Shown piece by piece: positions 7,557 through 16,100 of a stretch of 24,709 nt of DNA; position 1 is the first letter of the stretch, and each line of letters opens with the position of its first letter. The DNA comes from Planctomycetota bacterium (GTDB lineage Bacteria > Planctomycetota > PLA2 > JAEUHO01), in assembly GCA_965223505.1 (NCBI GenBank), contig CBDCWP010000036.1, positions 1-24,709 of the forward strand, written 5' to 3'. A program made the translations under genes and the position numbers. The notes under the pieces were generated by a model. It saw nothing but the letters and a program-made list of their open reading frames with translations. It had not been told where the DNA came from and did no database searches.

Positions 7557-8810
7557 GTGGCATCCGTCCATCTTCGTACCGGCGCAGAGACTGTCACGGT
7601 CGAGCTTCCGGACGATCTCGAGGTGCAGGTCGTCGAGCCCGCGCCGGTCGCGGCGTCGGACGATCCGCTCGGCCTGGTTGCCGCGGCCCTCGACCGGCCG
7701 ATCGATGCCGCGCCCCTCGTCGACGCCGCGCGCAACGTACGCTCCGCAGCGATCGTCGTTCCGGATCACACGCGTCCCGCGCCGACGCGGATGCTCCTGT
7801 TGCCCATTCTGGCGCGGCTTGCGCGGGCCGGTCTCGTCCCTGCGCAGATCGCGATCGTCGTCGCGCGCGGCATCCACACCGCCGCGCCGCGTCCGCATAT
7901 CGAGGCGGCGCTCGGCGCCGACATCATGTCCGAGCTGCGCCCGATCCAATCGGCCCCGAACACGCCGGAGATGAACGAGGAGATCGCGGTCGACACCGAC
8001 ATCGGGTCGATCCGCATTCACCGCGCCGTCGCGCGCGCCGAGCTCGTCGTGCTGACGGGCGCGGTCGCGCCGCACCATCTCGCCGGGTTCGGCGGCGGCC
8101 CGAAAGCGCTGGTGCCGGGCGTCGCGCAAGCCGAGACGGTTCACGCGGCGCACCGCTTGACGCTGGACGCGTTGGTGCGTCCGGACGGGTCGATCCGTCC
8201 GCTCACCGGCGCGATGGAAGGCAATCGCTTCCGCAACGCATTGCTGCGGGTGGCGCGGACCTTCGGGCGCACGTGGCTTTGCAACGTCGTTCTCAACGCG
8301 GAGGGCGCCATCGCGGCCGCGCGAGCCGGCGACGTCCAGCACGCGCACGAAGCGGCGGCGCGTTGCTGGACCGAGCTTCACGGGCTACCGGAGCCGGCGC
8401 CGGCCGACCTGGTGCTGGTGGGGACACCGGCGCCGCGCGACGTGGATCTGATCCAGGCGCACAAGTCGCTGCTGAGCGCCCACGGCTGGGCGAAGCCGGG
8501 CGCGCCGATCGTCTGGATGGCGCGGGCGCCGAACGGTCCGGGGCACCCGGACTTCCTGCCGTGGTTCGAGGCGGGCAAGCTGCCGCGCCATCTCGCTTCG
8601 CTGCGCGAGCACTTCCATCCGTACGGTCTGACCGCCTACAGCATTCGGCGGCTCGCGAAGCAGGATCATCCGGTGCACGTGGTCAGCGAGGTCTCGCGCG
8701 ACATCCTGCGACCGATGGGTCTGCTGCCGTTCGACGATGCGCAGAAGGCCGTGGCGTACGCGCTCGCGAACAACGACGTGAAGACCGTGGCGGTGCTTCC
8801 GGCGGGGTAG
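7557..8810 (+). CDS. larA: LarA-superfamily nickel-pincer-dependent alpha-hydroxy-acid racemase/epimerase (DUF2088)
   Basis: IVVPDHTRP, ARGIH, PHHLAGFGGGPKALVPG, HAAH and DLIQAHK correspond to conserved LarA motifs. Substrate is uncertain. Confidence 0.85.
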   Translation: MASVHLRTGAETVTVELPDDLEVQVVEPAPVAASDDPLGLVAAALDRPIDAAPLVDAARNVRSAAIVVPDHTRPAPTRMLLLPILARLARAGLVPAQIAIVVARGIHTAAPRPHIEAALGADIMSELRPIQSAPNTPEMNEEIAVDTDIGSIRIHRAVARAELVVLTGAVAPHHLAGFGGGPKALVPGVAQAETVHAAHRLTLDALVRPDGSIRPLTGAMEGNRFRNALLRVARTFGRTWLCNVVLNAEGAIAAARAGDVQHAHEAAARCWTELHGLPEPAPADLVLVGTPAPRDVDLIQAHKSLLSAHGWAKPGAPIVWMARAPNGPGHPDFLPWFEAGKLPRHLASLREHFHPYGLTAYSIRRLAKQDHPVHVVSEVSRDILRPMGLLPFDDAQKAVAYALANNDVKTVAVLPAG

Positions 8811-8875
8811 CGCCCCCTTTGACACGCTCAGGCACGTCTTGTGGCGGCCCGTCCGGCGACGACGAGGCGTCGCGC

Positions 8876-11263
8876 CTACTTCGACGCCGACTCGACGTCT
8901 CTCGAGGTCGCGGGTTCGTCCGGACCCTTCAGAACGAGATCCAATCGTTCTTGCAGGGCTTCTGCCGACTTGTCTTCGTACCACTTGGTGACATCCGCTC
9001 CGCGGCGGATGTTGCCCTTGCGATCGATGAACACCATGAACGGCTGCCGGTTGAGCGGAATGCCGAGCGACTCGATGATCTCATTGTTGACCGGGTTGTC
9101 TTCCTTGCGTGACAGATCGATCTTGAGGCGCTCGATCTTCGAGAAGCCGAGCCGGAGGTCGTCGTCGTCGAGAATGACCTTGTCGTACTGTATGCACTTC
9201 GCACACCAGGTCGCGGTCACCTTCACGGCGGTGGGCCGACCTTCTTCGACCGCTTGATTGACCCGGGCCACGAGGTCGTCGGTGCCCTCGAGCTTGGTCC
9301 ACTTGAGGTTGTCCGGGATGTCCGGCGGGCGCGTGAAGAACGCCACGAGTCCTGTGGCCACGACGAACATCAGCGCCACCTTCGCGCCGCGCATGTTGGC
9401 TTCGCCGGACGACTCGCCTTCCTTCCTCTGCAAGTGCATGGAGACACCGAGCCACGCTAGCAACGCACCGGCGAATCCGACGATGAACAACGTCGCCGGC
9501 GTGATCAGACCATTGTTGGCGACGTAAAAGAGCGCGCCGCCGAACAGGATCATGCCGAAACCGTAGCGAACCCAGACCATCCACGGGCCCGGGCGCATGG
9601 CGAAGTTCAGCGAACCGAAGGCGAAGAACACGGCGCCCATGCCGAGGCCCATGCTCATGAACATCAGGAATCCCATCACGGCGTCGCCGGTTTGGGCGGT
9701 GAAGAGCGCCATCCCCACGATGAACGGACCCGTGCAAGGGCTCGCAATGACGGCGGCGAGCGCGCCGAGAAGGAATGCGCCGACGAATGAGCCGCCGCGT
9801 TGCTGTGCGCCGCCCTGTACCTTCATCAGCCACTGCGGCGGCTGCAACTCGACGATGCCGAGCATGCCGACCGACAACAAAGCGAAAAGCCCGCCGATGC
9901 TCCAGATCACCGCGGGGATCTGGAACGCCGTCGAGAGACTCGCGCCGGTGAACGCGGAGATGATCCCCACGGCTCCGAAGGCCAGCGCCAGGCCGGTGAT
10001 GTAGGTCAGGAGCAGACTTGCGACGCGGCTCTTCGGGAGATCAGTGCGGCCGCCGGTTACGACTGCGACGGTGATTGGAATGATCGGAAGCACGCAGGGC
10101 GTGAACGCGAGGAGCACGCCGAAGAGGAAGATCGGGCCGAGGAACCACCAGCCGAGCTTGTCGAAGAGCTTCTGAACCTCGCCCTCCTCAGCCACGACTC
10201 CGAGCTTGTCTCCCTCGATCACGGGCAGGATGAGCTCGGCCTTCGGACCCTCCGCGGGCGCCGGATCGCTGGGCTCCTTCGTGCCGCCACCGGCGGCATC
10301 ACCCCACGTGGCGACGAGTGTCGCCTCGGACGGCAGGAGACAGTTCTCGTCGTTGCACGACTGCCAACCGGCCTTGATCTCGATGCGCTCGACGGACGCA
10401 TCACGTTCGAACTCGACCTCGACGCTCACGACCTCGCGAATCTCCTTCGCACCGCCGCCGTCGATCGTGACCTTCCCCCATCGCACGCCTTCGGCCTCGA
10501 CGGGCTCAACGGAGATCCCGATGTACGGATCGTTTCCGGGCCAGTAGAGGTTGTGCCCGAAATCGGGAATGAACGTGACGATCGCCTTGCCGCCCTTCTC
10601 GTCGACCTTCAGGGTGGCGGTGGCGCCGTTCTCGTTGAAGCGGGCGATCTCATCCTCGCCGTCCTTCTTCGGCTTGCCCACAACAGGAGGTGCGCCGGGC
10701 GCGCCGTCGCCGAACGGGACGCCGAACGGATTCCCGGCGGAGCCGCCGGTCTCGGCGCCACCACCGCCGAGCTTCGTCATGGCCGCATGGCCTTCGATCC
10801 GCTGATAGCACTGCTCGTCCGTGCACCCGCTGTAGTCGAACGCGAGGCCGATGGCGGTACCTGGCTTGACGCTCTTGGCGAGGTCGACCTTCACGACGAG
10901 CTCGAACGCCTTCTCGTAGACCATGTACTTGTCGCCGAACGTCGGATCGACCAGCTCGTGCGGTGCGGGCGTCGGCTTCACACCGTCGACGTGGTAGGTG
11001 ACGCCGTCGGCCTCGACCGGCTTCCACACCATGCCCTTGTAGCCGCCGCCGTCCTCGGCGTAGATGTGCAGCTTCGGGAAGAGGGTTGCCTTGATCTTGA
11101 GCGTCCCGCTCTGCCCGGGCGCGAGATCGGCCGGCTCCAGGGTCGCGGTGAGCTCGATGCGGCCGTCGCTCTCGTCCGCCTGGGCCGCGGGGAGCCCCGC
11201 CCAAGCCATGACCGCGATCGCGGCGGCAATCGCCGCCCAACGCACACCGTGGACCGTACGCAT
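8876..11263 (-). CDS. dsbD: Thiol:disulfide interchange protein DsbD-like, with two N-terminal DsbD-alpha-type domains
   Basis: Signal peptide; CTDEQC and CNDENC domains; TM domain with FTPCVLP and ASPCTGP; C-terminal thioredoxin TATWCAKC; SD GGAGG upstream of ATG. Confidence 0.9.
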   Translation of the reverse strand: MRTVHGVRWAAIAAAIAVMAWAGLPAAQADESDGRIELTATLEPADLAPGQSGTLKIKATLFPKLHIYAEDGGGYKGMVWKPVEADGVTYHVDGVKPTPAPHELVDPTFGDKYMVYEKAFELVVKVDLAKSVKPGTAIGLAFDYSGCTDEQCYQRIEGHAAMTKLGGGGAETGGSAGNPFGVPFGDGAPGAPPVVGKPKKDGEDEIARFNENGATATLKVDEKGGKAIVTFIPDFGHNLYWPGNDPYIGISVEPVEAEGVRWGKVTIDGGGAKEIREVVSVEVEFERDASVERIEIKAGWQSCNDENCLLPSEATLVATWGDAAGGGTKEPSDPAPAEGPKAELILPVIEGDKLGVVAEEGEVQKLFDKLGWWFLGPIFLFGVLLAFTPCVLPIIPITVAVVTGGRTDLPKSRVASLLLTYITGLALAFGAVGIISAFTGASLSTAFQIPAVIWSIGGLFALLSVGMLGIVELQPPQWLMKVQGGAQQRGGSFVGAFLLGALAAVIASPCTGPFIVGMALFTAQTGDAVMGFLMFMSMGLGMGAVFFAFGSLNFAMRPGPWMVWVRYGFGMILFGGALFYVANNGLITPATLFIVGFAGALLAWLGVSMHLQRKEGESSGEANMRGAKVALMFVVATGLVAFFTRPPDIPDNLKWTKLEGTDDLVARVNQAVEEGRPTAVKVTATWCAKCIQYDKVILDDDDLRLGFSKIERLKIDLSRKEDNPVNNEIIESLGIPLNRQPFMVFIDRKGNIRRGADVTKWYEDKSAEALQERLDLVLKGPDEPATSRDVESASK

Positions 11264-11310
11264 GTCGGACCTCCGAGCCGCCCGCCCTCCGCGGGAAACA
11301 CCGGCCGTCG

Positions 11311-11316
11311 ATTGTA
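11311..11316 (-). promoter_or_regulatory. Candidate -10 element (TACAAT) of dsbD
   Basis: ATTGTA on the plus strand, about 48 nt upstream of the dsbD ATG; AT-rich hexamer in a GC-rich background. Confidence 0.45.
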
Positions 11317-11409
11317 GGGCAGGCCTCGGAGGGCGGGGCTGACCGTTAGACGGCTGGTGACGCGCCCGTGTTTCGGGTGTCTACGACCGTGCGAACGAGG
11401 GCTCGGGCC

Positions 11410-11451
11410 GAGGTGGAATCGACGTGCGCCCGGGCGCACACGTTCCGCCTC
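11410..11451. repeat. Inverted repeat with a perfect 16-bp palindrome core in the dsbD/queD divergent region
   Basis: GTGCGCCCGGGCGCAC (11424-11439) flanked by GAGGTGGAA...TTCCGCCTC. Confidence 0.6.
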
Positions 11452-11484
11452 TGCTTATCGGCGCTGCGCCGCGGCGCCGGTCGC

Positions 11485-11490
11485 TAGAAT
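11485..11490 (+). promoter_or_regulatory. -10 element (TAGAAT) for leaderless queD mRNA
   Basis: TAGAAT-ccgccg-GTG (start 11497). Confidence 0.6.
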
Positions 11491-11496
11491 CCGCCG

Positions 11497-11853
11497 GTGA
11501 TCGTCGCCCGCGAGTTCCGGTTCGAAGCCTCCCACCAGCTGCCCCGGCATCCGGGCCGCTGCAAGGACTTGCACGGGCACGGATACCGCCTCGAGGTGCT
11601 CTGTGAGGGCCCTGTGGACGCCGAGACGGGCATGGTCGTGGACTTCGCGCTCATCAAGCAGATCGTCCAGGAGCGCGTCCTGAGCCGCCTCGACCACACC
11701 CACCTCAACGACGTGATCGAGAACCCGACGGCCGAGGAGATCGCACGTTGGATCTGGCGCCGTCTCGAGGGGCAGGCGCTGCCGATCATCGAGATCCGCC
11801 TCCACGAGACGGCCACCTGCTACGTCGTCTACCGTGGCGAGGACGGTTCCTAG
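11497..11853 (+). CDS. queD: 6-carboxy-5,6,7,8-tetrahydropterin synthase (QueD/PTPS family)
   Basis: FEASH, CKDLHGHGY, GMVVDF, LDHTHLND, ENPTAEEIA, LHET motifs. Confidence 0.95.
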   Translation: MIVAREFRFEASHQLPRHPGRCKDLHGHGYRLEVLCEGPVDAETGMVVDFALIKQIVQERVLSRLDHTHLNDVIENPTAEEIARWIWRRLEGQALPIIEIRLHETATCYVVYRGEDGS

Positions 11854-12477
11854 GTGCGCCGCGACGCGCGCTTCGGGCAGATCCTGGACGCCGCGGCACG
11901 GGTCTTCTCGCAGCGCGGCTATCACGGCGCGACGATGCGCGAGGTCGCGCGCGAAGCGAAGGCGAGTCTGGCGAAGCTCTATCGCTACATCGGCGACAAG
12001 GAAGATCTGCTCTACCAGGTGCAACGGCGCATCCTCGAAGCTGCGGTCGCGTCGGCGCAGGCCGCCTTGGCCGCCCGCTCCGCCCGCGAGCGCCTGCGGT
12101 CGCTCGTGACCGATCACGTACGGCGTGTGATGGCGCGTCCGTACGAGGCGGAGATCATCCGCGGTGCGCCGTCGCCGCTGCCCGACAATCAGAAGAAACG
12201 CCTGGAAGAGCTGCGACGCAGCTACCTCGCGCTCGTGCGCGCCGCGGCCGACGCGACGCTTCACGATCCGGGCGGCCGGCGCAAGGAGGCGGAGAAGCGA
12301 ACGAGTCTCCTGCTCGGCATGGCCGACCGCGTGGCGCTGGAAGCCGCGTGGCAAGCGCCGCGGGCTCGCCCCGATCGTCTGGCAGCGCCGATCCTGCAAC
12401 TCTTCCAGTCGGGTGCGGCCGGCAGGAAGTCGAAGCGCAAGACCGCGCGCAAGCGATCACCGCAACGGCGCGCGTGA
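11854..12477 (+). CDS. TetR/AcrR family transcriptional regulator
   Basis: ILDAAARVFSQRGYHGATMREVAREAKASLAKLYRYIGDKEDLL helix-turn-helix. Confidence 0.92.
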   Translation: MRRDARFGQILDAAARVFSQRGYHGATMREVAREAKASLAKLYRYIGDKEDLLYQVQRRILEAAVASAQAALAARSARERLRSLVTDHVRRVMARPYEAEIIRGAPSPLPDNQKKRLEELRRSYLALVRAAADATLHDPGGRRKEAEKRTSLLLGMADRVALEAAWQAPRARPDRLAAPILQLFQSGAAGRKSKRKTARKRSPQRRA

Positions 12478-12990
12478 TCAGCCGTCCGACGCTTCCTTCT
12501 CCGGACCAGGCTCCTTGCGCAAGAGGATGTAGCCCCCCTGGTCCTCGGCCAGGTAGCCGGCGCGCCGCACCCACTCCGGAAACTCGCCGAGACGGTGCCG
12601 GTTGGCGTCGTCCGGCGGCTTCGGCAGGAACTGGTGCTTGCGAAACGCGCCCATCTCGGCCGCGCTCACGAACCGAATCGCGATGTGCTCGCTGACGACG
12701 TCGAGCAACACCTGCCCGGTGATCGGCCCGGTCCCTTCGGGCGCCTCGAAGCGGACGTCGCGCCACGCGTTCGGATCGTCGCTCGGATCCGGGAGCCGCC
12801 CTTCGCCCAAGACCCCCACGGCCTCGGCGGGCGCCGCGTTCATCTCGTTCACGGGCGCCGCGCCCGCGCGCTCGATCGGCGCATGCGTGTCGTCCTCGGG
12901 CCCCTCACCGTCTTCGTCGCGTAGGACGAACACGTAGAGCAGGCCCCCGGCAACGACGAGCAGAAGGATGACGGGGATCAGCGGTTTCAC
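12478..12990 (-). CDS. Hypothetical protein with N-terminal membrane anchor
   Basis: MKPLIPVILLLVVAGGLLYVFV TM segment, acidic/Pro linker, globular C-terminus; TAGAAT 12 nt upstream of the GTG start. Confidence 0.75.
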   Translation of the reverse strand: MKPLIPVILLLVVAGGLLYVFVLRDEDGEGPEDDTHAPIERAGAAPVNEMNAAPAEAVGVLGEGRLPDPSDDPNAWRDVRFEAPEGTGPITGQVLLDVVSEHIAIRFVSAAEMGAFRKHQFLPKPPDDANRHRLGEFPEWVRRAGYLAEDQGGYILLRKEPGPEKEASDG

Positions 12991-13051
12991 GACAGAGGTT
13001 CGATTCTACGGGGACGGCACGGGGGCGCCGCCGCCCTGACGGCGCGCGTCG

Positions 13052-13090
13052 AATTGAAGACGGGCCGGGCCCCGAAGGAGCCCGGCCCGC
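13052..13090 (-). terminator. Rho-independent terminator of the large lipoprotein gene
   Basis: Stem CGGGCCGGGC (13061-13070) / GCCCGGCCCG (13080-13089), followed on the minus strand by TCTTCAATT, about 20 nt after the stop. Confidence 0.75.
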
Positions 13091-13108
13091 TGATGGAACC
13101 TACGGCGT

Positions 13109-16100
13109 CTACCGACCCGACTTGAGGACCGAGAAGTTCGCGTTGCCGAGGCGAACGTGCGTCACGTTGCCCGTGGCCGGGTCGAAGTTGGCCTCGACGA
13201 GCTGCATGGCGTTGTTGTTGGTGGCGCCCGATCGGTACGCGTAGTAGTACTTCGTGCCACCGGTGTCGACCGCCATGCTGGCGCCCGCGCGACCGTTGTT
13301 GCCGTCGGACGTCTTCGAGTCCTGCGCGTTGTTGAAGCCGGCGCTGATCGCACCCGTCGTGGCGTCGAAGCCGATGTCACGAATGATGCCGATGCGCTCC
13401 CGGTCGTGGCGACGCGTCGAGCCGCCCGCGTTGTACTGGTAGATCATCCGCGTGCCGTCGTCGCTCACGATGATCGAGGTGACCGCCGTGCTCGACGTGC
13501 TGTTCAGGCTGGCAAGCCCGTCATGGTTCAGACGGGCGATCTCGCCGGCGACGTTCGGGTCGAACCCGAAGATCTGCCCGCCGCGGAAGCCCTCGTCAGC
13601 CCAGTAGGTCGCAGTCTCGGGACCGGACACCGCCGAGAAGCTGCTCGTACCGGTGAAGTTGTTGGGCCCGCGCCACTGGTAGTGAGCGGCGAAGAAGACC
13701 CACCCCGTGTCCTTCGCGACGACCTGTCGCGAGAACCCGGCCGAACGACCCGGCGCGTAGTACCGGAAGTCGAGCGCGTAGTGCGGGTAGTAGTGGTACC
13801 CCGGAAGGAAGCCGTACTGCTGCGGCCAACCGGTGAGCAGGAATCCACGGCCCGCCGTCTTCCCGTTGATGGAGGGACCCGTCAGCGAGGCGATGTTGAA
13901 CCCGATCAGCTGGTTGGCGGTCTGGTTCGAGCCCGAGACGGCGCTCATCGTGGTCACGTAGAAGAAGCGACCGTCGGTGGACTTGAAGCCGCCGATGGGA
14001 CGAATCACGCCCTTCGTGGTCGTGAAGTTCGTCGTCGCCGGGCTGAACGTGCTGGCGGTGTGGTTGCCGAGACCGCCGGAGATCGAGCTACCGCCCGCCG
14101 CCGTCGGCAGGGCGCCGAGCAACGTGTTGGAGTTGAAGTTCCACGAGAAGTACGTTCCCGAGAAGTGGAACGAGCGCTGGGGCGGATCGTTGCCCGACGT
14201 GCTCGCGCTCGTCGCGCCGCGGTTGCTGTACCCGGCCCAGAAGAGCAGCCCGTCGCCGTCCTTCGTGAACACCAGTGAGCCGAAGCGCCAGATGATGGCG
14301 CTTGCGAACCGGTTGGACGTGATATCGACTTCGGACGCGCTCGTCCAGCCGTTCGTCGTAGAGCACGCGAGGACCTTCTGGTCGTACGCCGCCCACGCGC
14401 TGGAGTTGCTGGGGCTCACGCTGGCCGTCGTGTCGTGGCAGACGAAGGCGATGCGATCGCCCTGCTCGTTGATCTCCAGACCCGGGGTGGGCCCGGTGTA
14501 GGTGCCCCAGTGGCGGTAGCTGTTCGGTCCGCGCGAGAGCCCGTAGCCGCGGCCGCCGCCCATCGTTGCGCGACGCGCCGTCGAGTTGGTGGACACCTGG
14601 CGGAAGCCGGCGCCGTTCGGATCCACCCACGCGTACATGCGGTAGAGCTCCACGGAGCTACCGGACGTCGTCGTCCGCGGACCGGCCAGCATGGCGCAGT
14701 GATCGCCGTTCCAGTTGATCCGGAACGGAGCCGGCGCCTGGTCGTTCTCCATGAAGTTCGCACCGTCGAACAGGTGCATCTCGTCGTTGGTCGTCGTGTT
14801 GAACGTCGTGCCGGACGAGCTGAACGAGGAGACCGTGCTGAACGCGGAGTCCCACTTGTGGAACGTCGTCTGCATCGGCGTCGTCGCGTTCTGCGTCCAG
14901 TTCGCACCGCTTCCCGGCGCCAGCGCGCCGGCAGCGACGCCGCTCAGGATCTCGTAGCGCATGATGAAGTGGTCGCGGTACGAGGCATGGTAGCCGTCGT
15001 AGCAGCCAATGAGGTAGTAGAGGTACTCGTTCGTCATCGCCATGGCGGTGGCGTACTGGATCTCGTCGCTCGTCGTCGAGACCACCGCCCCCGCGCCGGG
15101 CTCGATGATCACGTACGTCCGGCCGCCGGGGAAGACCGTCTCGCCCGTGAGCGAGAAGATGGCCATTCGCGTGCTGTTGGCGTGCTCGTCGCGGTAGCTC
15201 GTGCTGGTCGTCGGGGAAACGGTGTGCAGCTTGCACACGGCGAATCGACCGTCGGGGCTCACCGCGATCTGCAACATGCGCGTCGCACTGTGGCGGTTCG
15301 CCGCCTTCGTCTGGACCATCGAATCGCCGAAGGACTGGTAGGTCCCCTTGTCGATCGCGAACGGGACGTAGATCTTCGCGGTGTTGCGAATGATGAAGAA
15401 GCCGAAGCGATTGTTGCTCTCGAACGCGTAGAGATGACCGCCGTCCGCGTACACGCCGGACGCCTTGTTGAAGGTGCCCTTGGCGACGCCGGGAACGTTG
15501 TCCGCGTTCGGAAGGTCGACGCAACTCGTGCTCGGCTGGTAGTTGCCCGAGAACCTGTAGCCGTTGCCGATCCAGGTCCGACCGTGCTGCGAGTCGCCCT
15601 TCTGGGCCGGCCGGGCGGCGTTGGCGTTGACCGCCGACATGTCGTCCCAGCACCCGGTCGGGTTGACCGCGACGCGCAGGATGTCGATGTTCGGATCGCC
15701 GCCGGCCGCGCCGCTGATGAGCTTGCCGACGTCATACGGGCCGAGGCCCACGGCAGGAGGCAGCGTGCCGATCAGGTCGCCGCCGGCGGCCTCCGCCACA
15801 CCGTCGCTCAGGTTGTTGACCAGGCCCGCGCCGCCGATCACCTGCAGCTTGCGAACCCGCTGCTGGTACTCGTTCATCGTGTACTGACCGGCGCTGGTCG
15901 TCGTGGTCGCCGTGTCCGACGTGCTGCTCTCCGTGATGATCACGGTGTCCGGGCCGACGCTGAGGCCGAAGTGGCCGGACGTGATGTTGGTGCAACCACC
16001 GGGCCCCGTCGGAAGCTGCTGATCGGCGACTGTCAGCTCGATGATCTGGCGGCCCTGTGACTGCATGATGGCCTGGTTGACGACGGCGAGGACGCCGGAG

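Noticed and set aside
11264..11496. preQ1 riboswitch upstream of queD
   Set aside because: No preQ1 stem with A-rich tail, and queD appears leaderless.
11851..11853. Pyrrolysine or genome-wide TAG recoding
   Set aside because: TAG ends many genes here at normal positions (e.g. nuoI, nuoL, nuoN) and no pyl genes are visible.
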